Assembly (NCBI GenBank): GCA_016840425.1
Contig: JAEOSI010000003.1
Span: 1-27,027 of the forward strand
Length of the DNA: 27,027 bases
DNA from: Candidatus Wukongarchaeum yapensis
GTDB lineage: Archaea > Asgardarchaeota > Wukongarchaeia > Wukongarchaeales > Wukongarchaeaceae
Direction of reading: 5' to 3'
Below, piece after piece: positions 1 to 8,739 of this stretch (positions are counted from its first letter, which is position 1; each line of letters begins with the position of its first letter). Below the pieces are notes generated by a model. It did not search any database and was not told the DNA's origin. It saw only the letters and a program-made list of their open reading frames with translations. A program made the position numbers and the translations under genes.

Positions 1-1
1 G

Positions 2-97
2 GTGAAAGAGGCAGGAATCACGAAATCTGCGATGATTATTGTGGGAGACGTTCTTAATCCGCCTAAATTTCAGAGGTCGAAACTTTATGGAGAGTGA
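2..97 (+). CDS. cbiF: 3' end of cobalt-precorrin-4 C11-methyltransferase (5'-truncated by window edge)
   Basis: Manual translation from nt 2: VKEAGITKSAMIIVGDVLNPPKFQRSKLYGE*. This matches the CbiF C-terminal GI..TA.I.VG.VL....RS.LY pattern. The stop overlaps the cbiG ATG at 87. Confidence 0.85.
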   Translation: MKEAGITKSAMIIVGDVLNPPKFQRSKLYGE

Positions 98-995
98 ACA
101 ATTAATCGAGAAAAAAGTGGCGATTATAGTGTTTGAACGCGATTTTGGTACTGCCGCTAAAATCCAAGAGGCTATTGGAGGAGAAATTTTAGTCTACAAT
201 AAAGGTGTTTTTGAACAGGCTTTTAAACAGTTTAACATCGTAATTGCTATCATGGCTACAGGAATTGTTGTACGAAAAATCGCGCCTTTAGTAAAAGATA
301 AATGGGAATCTCCGCCAGTAGTGGTTGTAGATAATGGGTTAAACTTCGCCATACCCCTTTTAGGAGGCCACCATGGAGGAAACAGATTAGCGAGAAAGTT
401 ATGGGAAAAAATAGGATGCTTGCCAGTAATCACTACTGCAACAGAGGTCAAAGGACGAATATCGGTAGAAGGAATAGCGGAAAAATTAAAGGCCAATATA
501 TTAAACAAAAGCTCAACAAAAAACTTGAACGTTATCCTCCTTGAAGAGGATGTTCCCGTTCTTGAGATAAGAGGGCCTAAAATAGTCGTAATCGACGAAA
601 AAGTTTCCATACTCAAAAAGGAGAGTACTGATAATAGGTCGATTGTTTTAGGGATAGGTACCCGCAAAAACGTGACAAAGGAAGAGGTTCTTGAAGCGAT
701 AAGCGAGGCTTTGAAGCTTTCAGGTTTTGATATGGGGGATGTTAAGGAGATTGCTACTGCAGATATTAAGCAGGAAGAGAAGGGATTATTGGAGGCTGCC
801 TCGTATTTGAGTAAAAAGCTTTCCTTTGTTTCACCCGAAGAAATTGATGGTGTAAAAGCTCCTTCTAAATCAAAGGCAGAATTGGTGGGGTTAAAGGGAG
901 TGGCAGAACCTTGTGCACTTGTAAGATCAAGTGAAAAAAAGCTTTTAATGCGAAAAAAAGTGTTTGGGAGAGTTACTGTTGCCATCGCAAGGTAA
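87..995 (+). CDS. cbiG: Cobalt-precorrin-5A hydrolase CbiG
   Basis: Motifs AIMATGIVVR, KDKW..PPVVVVD, IPLLGGHHGGN, PVITTATE, LGIGTRK and GVAEPCAL. ATG at 87 is preferred over the track start at 39, which lies inside cbiF. Confidence 0.95.
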   Translation: MESEQLIEKKVAIIVFERDFGTAAKIQEAIGGEILVYNKGVFEQAFKQFNIVIAIMATGIVVRKIAPLVKDKWESPPVVVVDNGLNFAIPLLGGHHGGNRLARKLWEKIGCLPVITTATEVKGRISVEGIAEKLKANILNKSSTKNLNVILLEEDVPVLEIRGPKIVVIDEKVSILKKESTDNRSIVLGIGTRKNVTKEEVLEAISEALKLSGFDMGDVKEIATADIKQEEKGLLEAASYLSKKLSFVSPEEIDGVKAPSKSKAELVGLKGVAEPCALVRSSEKKLLMRKKVFGRVTVAIAR

Positions 996-1734
996 ACTTT
1001 ATGTTGTAGGCATAGGCCCTGGCTTCCTTGATTATATGACGATCAAGGCCAAAGAAGTGATACTTGGGTCAGAGTATATAATCGGCAATGACTTGTATTT
1101 GGAACAGATAAAAGCGTTATTGGATGGAAAAAAGGTCATAAGTGGAGGGATGGGCACCGAGGTAGAGAAAGCTAAAAAGGCTGTTAAGTTAGCTGAAAGC
1201 CATGTAGTGTCAGTTATCAGTGGAGGAGACGCTAATGTTTATGGTATGGCGGGAATAGTTTTAGAAGTCGCCCAAAAAAAAGGACTTAACGTTGAGATTG
1301 AAGTAGTCCCTGGAGTAACAGCTGCTACTGCTGTTGGTTCCAGATTAGGGGCACCGATTATGGGAGATTTTGTAGTGATAAGCTTAAGCGACCTTTTAAC
1401 ACCTTGGGAAGTTATTGAAAAGCGTCTCAAAAGCGTGGCGTCAACAGATTTTGTTACCATCATATATAACCCAAAAAGCAGAAAAAGAAACACAAACTTT
1501 CAAAAAGCAATCAAGATCATCCGTGAGCATAGGTCAAAAAATGTACCTGTTGGAATTGTTAAAAACTGTATGAGGGACGGAGAAAACGTTATCATTACCA
1601 CTCTAGGCGAAGTTTTAGAATACGACAATATTGTGAATATGCGTACTACAATAATTATCGGAAATAGCGAGTCAATAATTTGGAATAATAAGATAATTAC
1701 AAGGAGAGGATACCATCGGAAGTACACATATTGA
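979..1734 (+). CDS. cbiH: Cobalt-factor III / precorrin-3B C17-methyltransferase CbiH
   Basis: GKLYVVGIGPG, VISGGDANVYGMAG, VVPGVTAA, LGAPIMGDFVVISLSDLLTPW, IYNPKS and C-terminal RGYHRKY. Start is probably TTG 979 after GGGAGAG; the track start is 964. Confidence 0.95.
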   Translation: MPSQGKLYVVGIGPGFLDYMTIKAKEVILGSEYIIGNDLYLEQIKALLDGKKVISGGMGTEVEKAKKAVKLAESHVVSVISGGDANVYGMAGIVLEVAQKKGLNVEIEVVPGVTAATAVGSRLGAPIMGDFVVISLSDLLTPWEVIEKRLKSVASTDFVTIIYNPKSRKRNTNFQKAIKIIREHRSKNVPVGIVKNCMRDGENVIITTLGEVLEYDNIVNMRTTIIIGNSESIIWNNKIITRRGYHRKYTY

Positions 1735-2359
1735 TTTAGGAGCAACTACCGAAGAAGCTAGAAAAATCTCTGAAAAAAGCAGGAAAATAGTAAAGAAAAT
1801 AGTGGGTGACAAAACACTTGAGGATAGGGTGCGTCAAAAATGCGTCATTGCTACCGGAGACCCCGAGTTTAAAGATTTACTACAGTTCAATAACGATGCC
1901 GTAACCCGCGGAGTTGAAGCCGTAAAACGAGGAACTCCCATATTTTGTGACATAAAAATGATCGAAACAGGGATACTAAAAAAAGGCCACAAGTGCAAAA
2001 TAATGTGCGTTCTTGGATTAGGAGAAGATATAGCGCATGAAAAAGGCATAACAAGAACTTCTGCTGGCTTTTTTGCCCTCGGAGAAAAACTGAACGGCTC
2101 GATAGTGGTAATAGGCAACGCGCCTAGTGCAGCCTTGGCTGTTTACCAGTTAGTAATGAAAGGAGTTAAACCGGTCTTTATAGTTGCCACTCCGGTAGGA
2201 TTCGTTCAGGCTGCCGAATCGAAGAAAAAAATTCGCACCCTAGAAATTCCTTCAATAACATGTATAGGTACAAAGGGAGGTACGCCCGTGGCTGTAGCTA
2301 TCATGAACGAACTGATCACGATAGCAGTTCAATCATCATACTCTCCCCTTAAGGAGTAA
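1715..2359 (+). CDS. cbiC: Cobalt-precorrin-8 methylmutase CbiC; start uncertain (track GTG 1802, frame open from 1697)
   Basis: EDRVRQKCVIATGDP, GITRTSAG, VVIGNAPSA, ATPVGFVQAAESK and GTKGGTPVAVAIMN. The in-frame upstream stretch HIDLGATTEEARKISEKSR looks like the conserved archaeal CbiC N-terminus. Confidence 0.92.
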   Translation: MGSTHIDLGATTEEARKISEKSRKIVKKIVGDKTLEDRVRQKCVIATGDPEFKDLLQFNNDAVTRGVEAVKRGTPIFCDIKMIETGILKKGHKCKIMCVLGLGEDIAHEKGITRTSAGFFALGEKLNGSIVVIGNAPSAALAVYQLVMKGVKPVFIVATPVGFVQAAESKKKIRTLEIPSITCIGTKGGTPVAVAIMNELITIAVQSSYSPLKE

Positions 2360-2376
2360 TTAAAGGGGCTGACTAC

Positions 2377-3426
2377 ATGGATCAAGATCAAGCAAGGAAA
2401 ATAGGAGTGTATGATCCAGTGGACAAGAGTTTTGTGTCTTCGACTTGGCTTGAGAAAAGTAAAATCCCTTTTGAAGAGTTGAAAAAGGGGATCGAAAGCG
2501 GCAGATTATTGCTTTTGCCCGACGGCTCGGTTTTACGTAGGGGATATACTACCGGGACTGTGACAGCTGTTGCAGCTAAAGCAGCAGTTCTTTCGCTAAA
2601 GAAAGAGTTAAAGAAAGGAGAAATTGTCACTATAGAGACGCCGGTTGGTGTGAGGGCTGGGCTGCCTGTTTCAGCTAGTAGAGGGCAGGCTATTGTGATA
2701 AAAGATGCAGGAGACCATGAAAGGGATGTAACAAACGGTATAAAAATTGTGGCAGAAGCTACGGAACATGAAAAGATAAGCGTCGAAGCGGGGGAAGGTA
2801 TAGGGATAGTGACCCGTAAAGGTTTGGCTGTTGACGTAGGAAAACCTGCTATTAACCCTGTGGCCTTGAAACATATTTTGAAAGCGATTCAGGAAGCAGT
2901 TTTTGAAACCGGTTTGAAAGGCGCGCTTGTAACTATTAGTGTTCCCAATGGGGAAGAAATTAGTAAAAAGACGAGAAATGAAAAGGTGGGAGTTGTTGGC
3001 GGGATCTCGATTTTAGGCAGTACGGGATTTGTTGAGCCTTGGAATGATGACTTAGAAGAGTTATTTATAGACATGGTGAAAAAAGCTGGAAAGGTTGTGT
3101 TAACTACAGGGAGGTTAGGAGCTTATCATTCGAAAGTATTGTTTCAAGGTTATGACGTAGTATTAGTTGGCAGTAAGATAAGCGAGGCGGTTAAACATAC
3201 TCTGGAAAAAGACGTGATTTTATGCGGGTTACCAGGGTTGATATTAAAGTGGGGTAATCCGAAGATCTTGGAAGAAACCGGATTTTTAACCGTGTCTGAA
3301 CTTGTTAAAACGGATCCATCTCATGAGGTTATTGACGATACTCTTCAAAAAATTAAAATAAAATATCCAAAACTACGAATAGTTCTTTTGAAAAAAGACG
3401 GGTCAATTTTGAGGGATACAGGATGA
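2377..3426 (+). CDS. cbiD: Cobalt-precorrin-5B C1-methyltransferase CbiD
   Basis: LRRGYTTGT, KDAGDH..DVTNG, GEGIGIVTRKGL..GKPAINP and GVVGGISILGSTGFVEPW. Confidence 0.96.
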   Translation: MDQDQARKIGVYDPVDKSFVSSTWLEKSKIPFEELKKGIESGRLLLLPDGSVLRRGYTTGTVTAVAAKAAVLSLKKELKKGEIVTIETPVGVRAGLPVSASRGQAIVIKDAGDHERDVTNGIKIVAEATEHEKISVEAGEGIGIVTRKGLAVDVGKPAINPVALKHILKAIQEAVFETGLKGALVTISVPNGEEISKKTRNEKVGVVGGISILGSTGFVEPWNDDLEELFIDMVKKAGKVVLTTGRLGAYHSKVLFQGYDVVLVGSKISEAVKHTLEKDVILCGLPGLILKWGNPKILEETGFLTVSELVKTDPSHEVIDDTLQKIKIKYPKLRIVLLKKDGSILRDTG

Positions 3427-4049
3427 AGATAGTTGGGGTTGGCGCGGCTCCTAATCTGTTGACACAAGAAGCAATAAAAACAATTGGAAATGCTAAGAAA
3501 ATCTATGGCTCAAAAAGGGCATTAGAGCTCGTATCAGAATTTATTCCGCCCGATTGTAATTGCAAAGAGATAAAAGATTATCGAAAACTTGACGAAATTC
3601 CTGAGGGGGCGGTAGTACTTTCTACAGGCGATCCCATGTTATCAGGATTAGGGTTTTTGAAAGGGGAAGTGATACCAGGAATCTCGTCTCTACAACTGGC
3701 AAGTGCAAAATTAAAAATAGATCTTTGTAACATAATAACGATCACAGCTCACGGCAGAAACATAAAAGAAGCAAGGGAAAGGATATTGGAAGCAGTTAAA
3801 GGGGATAGGGTGCTTTTTATCCTCCCAGACCCTAAGAATTTCAGCGTTTACGAGATATGTGACCTTGTTAATAAAAACTTAAAAAAGGAGCTTGAAGTAG
3901 CAGTTTGCGAAAATTTGGGCTATCCTAATGAAAGAATAGTCATAGGTACTACAAGTAATCCCCCAATTTGTAAATCCAAACTTTACTGTATCTTAATCGG
4001 CCATAACTTAAGAAAATACGAAGAAAAAAATGTTAACAATCCAAAATAA
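3423..4049 (+). CDS. cbiE: Cobalt-precorrin-7 C5-methyltransferase CbiE
   Basis: IVGVGAAP.LLT.EA, VLSTGDPMLSGLG, IPGISSLQLA and VCENLGYPNERI. ATGA overlap with cbiD. Confidence 0.92.
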   Translation: MKIVGVGAAPNLLTQEAIKTIGNAKKIYGSKRALELVSEFIPPDCNCKEIKDYRKLDEIPEGAVVLSTGDPMLSGLGFLKGEVIPGISSLQLASAKLKIDLCNIITITAHGRNIKEARERILEAVKGDRVLFILPDPKNFSVYEICDLVNKNLKKELEVAVCENLGYPNERIVIGTTSNPPICKSKLYCILIGHNLRKYEEKNVNNPK

Positions 4050-4063
4050 TTGGCGTGATGACC

Positions 4064-5251
4064 ATGTATCAAAAACAACAACAAGAAAAGAAAGAAAAAG
4101 AAAGAACGGCATTACTATCACTGTTAGAGGAAATGTTAGATCCAAACGTTTTTGGGATGCGTCCTTGTGTTCATGGAGGGGATGTTCAAAGGACTGCTGC
4201 GGAGCTCGGTATTCCTTGGCGTGAGATGATTGATTTTAGTGCAAGTGTTAACTCTCTTGGTCCTTCTCCAAAGGTTTTGAAAGCTATTTGTGATAATTTG
4301 TGGCAAATTCCTTTTTACCCCGACCCTTGTTCTGAGCTTTTAAAGGAAAGTATAAGTAAGCATATAGGAGGTATTGATGAGGGTAACGTTATTGTTGGTA
4401 ATGGCTCTACCGAGCTTATTTGGCTTTTTTCTGACATTTTACTTTCGGATAGTGACAAGGTAATTATTCCTGCCCCTACTTATGGAGAGTATGAAACTGC
4501 CATATCAAAAAAGGGAGCAAAACCCATATTTTTAAACCTTGACCAAGAAAAAGAGTTCAGAATCGTCTATGAAGATGTTATAGATAGAATTTCTTATGAA
4601 AAACCTAAAATGGTTTTTATTTGCAATCCGAACAACCCTCCAAGCAAGGTTATTGGGAGAGAGGAAATGCTTTCCATCGTGGAAGAATGTGCACGTAAAA
4701 ACGTTTTCGTCTTCGTTGACGAGGCTTATGTAGATTTTGTCGACAAGCCTTGGGAGGTAACAGTAGCGCCAGAAGTAAACGATTATTGGAATCTTTTTGT
4801 GTTACACTCCATGACAAAAATATATGGCATGCCAGGATTAAGGGTGGGGTATGGCATATCAAACCATGAATTCATAAACGTTTTAGAGCGGGTAAAACAG
4901 CCGTGGAACGTCAACTGTTTAGCTCAAGTTGCGGCGATAGAAGGGTTAAAAGATGAAGATCATCTAAGAAAAACGCGGAAAATAATAACTAGTGGAAGAA
5001 AATACTTGGCGGAGAAAATTGAGTCCTTTAAAAGTTTACATTTATACAAGCCAGAAGCAAACTTTCTCCTAATAAACATCAATAAAGTGGAGATGACTGC
5101 TGCACAACTCAAGGGAAAACTTGCAAGGAAAAGGATCCTGATAAGGGACTGCAGTTCTTTTAGAAACATGGATAGATACCATGTGAGGGTTTCTGTACGC
5201 ACCCCTGAACAAAACCAGAGGTTAATCGAAGCTTTAAAAATAACGGTATAA
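4064..5251 (+). CDS. cobD: L-threonine-O-3-phosphate decarboxylase (PLP-dependent)
   Basis: HGG, DFSASVN.LGP, YPDP, GNGSTELI, DEAYVDF, SMTKIYGMPGLRVGY (PLP lysine) and LIRDCSSF, plus operon context. Possible starts are 4055, 4058 and 4064. Confidence 0.88.
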   Translation: MYQKQQQEKKEKERTALLSLLEEMLDPNVFGMRPCVHGGDVQRTAAELGIPWREMIDFSASVNSLGPSPKVLKAICDNLWQIPFYPDPCSELLKESISKHIGGIDEGNVIVGNGSTELIWLFSDILLSDSDKVIIPAPTYGEYETAISKKGAKPIFLNLDQEKEFRIVYEDVIDRISYEKPKMVFICNPNNPPSKVIGREEMLSIVEECARKNVFVFVDEAYVDFVDKPWEVTVAPEVNDYWNLFVLHSMTKIYGMPGLRVGYGISNHEFINVLERVKQPWNVNCLAQVAAIEGLKDEDHLRKTRKIITSGRKYLAEKIESFKSLHLYKPEANFLLININKVEMTAAQLKGKLARKRILIRDCSSFRNMDRYHVRVSVRTPEQNQRLIEALKITV

Positions 5252-5274
5252 TAAAGAGGTAAGGAGTTATTTTA

Positions 5275-6666
5275 TTGGAAATTCCAAGAATTGTTTTAGG
5301 GGCTGCGCGCAGTAGTGCGGGTAAAACCACTGTTTCAAGCGGGTTAATGAGCGCTTTTGTAAAAAGGGGATTAAAGGTGCAACCATTTAAGGTGGGGCCA
5401 GATTACATCGATCCCAGTTATCACTCAATAATTGCTGGGAGACACTCGAGAAATTTAGACACATGGCTTACTTCAAAAGAGATCGTCCCGGATATATTTT
5501 TTCACGCTTCTAGAGGCGCGGATATTGCGGTAATTGAGGGCGTTATGGGGCTTTATGACGGAAAAGACGACACTGGAACTGGGAGTACTGCCGAGATAGC
5601 GAAACTCCTCACTGCCCCAGTAATCTTAGTGGTAGATGTGAGACATGTGGGAACGAGTGTGGCAGCTGAAGTGCTAGGCTACCAAAAATACGATCTGAAA
5701 GTTAACATAGCGGGGATTATACTAAACAAAGTGGGAAGCAAAAAACACGAAACAATGACTAAAAAAGCGATAGAAAGAGCTACATCGATACCTGTATTAG
5801 GCGCCCTTCCAAGGGAAGAAAATATCGAAATGGACGAGCGACATTTGGGCCTGATTCCTACTCATGAACATAAAACAGACCAGCAAGTTTCAGCGGTAAC
5901 ATCGTTCATAAAAGACCATGTTGATCTCACTAAAATCTTTGAGATAGCCTGTAGTGCGCCTAAATTAATTCCACCTAAGAGATCTATTTTTTCACCAAAA
6001 AAAAGAAAAGATGGAAGGGAAATTAGGGTGGGAGTTGCCTTTGATGAAGCTTTCAACTTCTACTATTGGGATAATATAGAACTGCTTGAAACTAAAGGCT
6101 GCACCGTAATTTTTTTCAGCCCAGTAAACTATAAAAGCCTCCCCCCAGACCTTGATATGCTCTATATAGGCGGGGGCTTCCCTGAACTTTTTACCGAAAA
6201 ACTTCAAGAAAATGTTTCGATGAGAAAAGCGATAAGAAAAGCTGCAGAGGACGAAATGCCTATCCTTGCAGAGTGCGGCGGGCTCATGTATTTAACGAGA
6301 TCTATAAAAGATTTTAGTGGGAGGGTTTATGAGATGGTTTCTCTTATTTCTGGCGTGACTGTTATGTCAAAAAAATTGACAGCTTTAGGTTACACTTCCT
6401 GCCTCTTGCTTAAAGACAGTTTACTTGGAAAGAAGGGGATGCGCATTAGAGGACATGAATTCCACTACTCTTTTATCGATCCTGAAACCCTCCCTAATGA
6501 TACAGAATATGTTTACCAAGTCGAAATAGGGAAGGGTATTAATGAGAAGAAGGACGGGATCGTGGTGCATAAAACGGTAGCAAGTTATAGCCACACCCAT
6601 TTAGCTTGTAGGGAAGACTTAGTAGATGAGCTCATTCTGTCTGCAGAAAGATATGCGAAATCGTGA
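5275..6666 (+). CDS. cbiA: Cobyrinate a,c-diamide synthase (CbiA/CobB)
   Basis: SSAGKTT P-loop, FKVGPDYIDP, IEGVMGLYDG, ERHLGL, AFNFYY, YIGGGFPE, AECGGLMYL and GHEFHYS. TTG start after AAGGAG. Confidence 0.96.
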   Translation: MEIPRIVLGAARSSAGKTTVSSGLMSAFVKRGLKVQPFKVGPDYIDPSYHSIIAGRHSRNLDTWLTSKEIVPDIFFHASRGADIAVIEGVMGLYDGKDDTGTGSTAEIAKLLTAPVILVVDVRHVGTSVAAEVLGYQKYDLKVNIAGIILNKVGSKKHETMTKKAIERATSIPVLGALPREENIEMDERHLGLIPTHEHKTDQQVSAVTSFIKDHVDLTKIFEIACSAPKLIPPKRSIFSPKKRKDGREIRVGVAFDEAFNFYYWDNIELLETKGCTVIFFSPVNYKSLPPDLDMLYIGGGFPELFTEKLQENVSMRKAIRKAAEDEMPILAECGGLMYLTRSIKDFSGRVYEMVSLISGVTVMSKKLTALGYTSCLLLKDSLLGKKGMRIRGHEFHYSFIDPETLPNDTEYVYQVEIGKGINEKKDGIVVHKTVASYSHTHLACREDLVDELILSAERYAKS

Positions 6667-6700
6667 AAAGGATGCTTTTTGGACCGTTGTGTGAATTTCT

Positions 6701-7510
6701 ATGAGAAGCAATAAGGATGAAAAGATTTTGTGCGGAAAATATCCGTGTTTGGATCCTGATTATGGCAGTTTTTCGGAAGAAGATGATGGAAGACTATCTT
6801 GGTCTTGTGAGCGGTGTAATTTAAACCACAGATTAGGGGAGGAAGTGGAACGATTTAACTATTCGGATTGGGATGTTCTTTCAGAAATCAAGTCCTTAAG
6901 ACAAAAAAAGGTGTCTGGACATCTTATCAGCCAAGTAATGAATTATTTGAAGGGTCTTCAAGGCATAAATCATGTCGTGGAAGTTTCCACTATTGGGGAG
7001 AGGGAAGAAATACTTCGAAGGGAAATGGAGGGAGAAAAGCACGTCTTAAAGGGGGTGGCACGCTCTTATAATTTAGGGCTTAGAAAATGCTTAACCCGCG
7101 ATGTAGTACTTATTTTGAGCCACGACTTATCTTTTAGGGGGCCATGTATGCCTACAGTGATCCTGGTAAACGATAAGGAAATAAAGGGGCATGAAATCGT
7201 TCGAGAAGAAGATTTAAAACGGTTTGCCTTGAAGGGGAAAAAATATGCTTTTCTCGGCAGAAGATTTGTGGTTTATAATGAAAGATTCATTTTTAAAGAA
7301 CTAGGCCCGCATAATTCCTTGTTTGTTTTTCCTCCTTTACCCTTCCCTGAACTTGAAAACGTAAGAGGAGTTGTTGATGTTGTTTCAAGTAGTCCAAACT
7401 TTGAGGCAGATACATATATAAGGACGATTCTATTGCCCAACCTAAACATTCCAAAAAAACTAGCCTTGATCCTAGCAGGGTTTAATCATTCTCCCTGTTT
7501 CCTTTTTTGA
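6701..7510 (+). CDS. Unknown protein; N-terminal degenerate cysteine-rich small (zf-like) domain plus an uncharacterised archaeal domain
   Basis: 269-aa ORF 34 nt after cbiA. YPC...G..SWSCERCNLNH resembles the cobamide-associated Cys-rich small domain. The C-terminal part has HD.SFR.P, PPLPFPEL, VVSSSP and ILAGFN. Confidence 0.7.
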   Translation: MRSNKDEKILCGKYPCLDPDYGSFSEEDDGRLSWSCERCNLNHRLGEEVERFNYSDWDVLSEIKSLRQKKVSGHLISQVMNYLKGLQGINHVVEVSTIGEREEILRREMEGEKHVLKGVARSYNLGLRKCLTRDVVLILSHDLSFRGPCMPTVILVNDKEIKGHEIVREEDLKRFALKGKKYAFLGRRFVVYNERFIFKELGPHNSLFVFPPLPFPELENVRGVVDVVSSSPNFEADTYIRTILLPNLNIPKKLALILAGFNHSPCFLF

Positions 7511-8724
7511 TCTATGTGGCCCATTACTCCTCCAACAATCCCTGAAAGAACATAATACATTGTAGGCGTCATCTCACCCTTCAAAGGATTCTCCCCTGTA
7601 TTTTCAAAAAACTTAACACTCTGTCCATATAACGTTGACCCTTTCACTCCCCCTATATAATCCGCAATAACCCCTCCTAAAACCCGTGAAGGAAGCCTAT
7701 GAATTTCCTCATTACTCCCTTTTCGGAGAACTATTTCACCCTCATAAGGCATAAACCCTCTTCTTTCCTCATCCTTCTCCAAGCCAAGCCCCGCCATCAC
7801 AAGAGAACAAACTCCTCGATCGCGAGACAAAACTTCCTCCAATTCCTTCCTAAAAACCTCCTCCCCGGGAAGGTTATCTCTCGACTCTCTACTGGAAAAT
7901 GATGAAAAATAGTGGTCTACAGCAATCCTCATGAAATGACCGATAGAAACTCCTCTCTCCTCAAGTCTTTTCAACAAAGACCTACCAATCCTAATTTTAT
8001 CCTGTTTCTCTAACGCCTTCAAAACACCTTCCTTAACCGCCAATGCTATCAACCTACCCACTTCGATACCTTCCTCGAAAGCTCCAAACCTTCCTCGAAA
8101 GCTCAAACCCGTACTATGATACCAGATCAGTTTCCCTTTACCAGTACACGATACAACCACAGTGTCGGTCGTGGTCCCGCTTGCAAGATTAGTAGACAAA
8201 TCATAGGTCGAACCCATTGAAAAACTTCGGACATCAAGCTCTCTTAAAGCCAGGGTCTTAGCCTCGGTAGCAATCATCACAGAACTCGCCATAGTAGCTG
8301 AAGAAAAATTACCATCAAGGAGCAAAATCACGTTTATAGTGCCTTCAAGGAAAGGAAAACGCGGTCTTTCTCCCGCAGTAGCAGGATTAGAAACACCCGC
8401 AGTAATGATAGTAGTAACTCTAAACTCCCCTTGCTCATCTTCCTTATTAATGACGGCGACATTCTCCATTTCGGCAGCAGTCATCATCCCAACCACAGGC
8501 TCAGGTAGTCCTATCTTCTCAATCATCCTTCTAATATGTCCCTCAGGGTCCTCATGATTATAACTTTTAGGTATATGCATGTTTAAAACAGCCCTTGCGT
8601 CGATAATCCCACCATTAAAAATAGCAGAACTCAAAGTCTTCCAAGGCCTATTAAACAAAACGGTTATACAATCACTACCAACAACTTCCGCCTTAACACC
8701 GGGAACAATAACATCAAGCTCCAT
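7486..8724 (-). CDS. cbiS: CbiS-like fusion: adenosylcobinamide amidohydrolase (CbiZ) plus degenerate archaeal CobZ/PgpA-like phosphatase domain
   Basis: N-half has LSSAIFNGG, VGMMTAA, TAGVSN, GTINVILL, EAK and SGTTTDTV. C-half has LLKRLEERGVS, FRKELEEVL, LGGVIADYIGG.KG and GIVGGVMG. GGAGGT SD at 8733-8738. Confidence 0.85.
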   Translation of the reverse strand: MELDVIVPGVKAEVVGSDCITVLFNRPWKTLSSAIFNGGIIDARAVLNMHIPKSYNHEDPEGHIRRMIEKIGLPEPVVGMMTAAEMENVAVINKEDEQGEFRVTTIITAGVSNPATAGERPRFPFLEGTINVILLLDGNFSSATMASSVMIATEAKTLALRELDVRSFSMGSTYDLSTNLASGTTTDTVVVSCTGKGKLIWYHSTGLSFRGRFGAFEEGIEVGRLIALAVKEGVLKALEKQDKIRIGRSLLKRLEERGVSIGHFMRIAVDHYFSSFSSRESRDNLPGEEVFRKELEEVLSRDRGVCSLVMAGLGLEKDEERRGFMPYEGEIVLRKGSNEEIHRLPSRVLGGVIADYIGGVKGSTLYGQSVKFFENTGENPLKGEMTPTMYYVLSGIVGGVMGHIDQKRKQGE

Positions 8725-8739
8725 TAAATAAAACCTCCG

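Noticed and set aside
194-6207. Antisense and nested ORFs over the cbi operon (e.g. 194-985, 1834-2118, 4030-4224, 4960-5202)
   Set aside because: These are shadow frames of well-supported genes, with no motifs and no independent SD.
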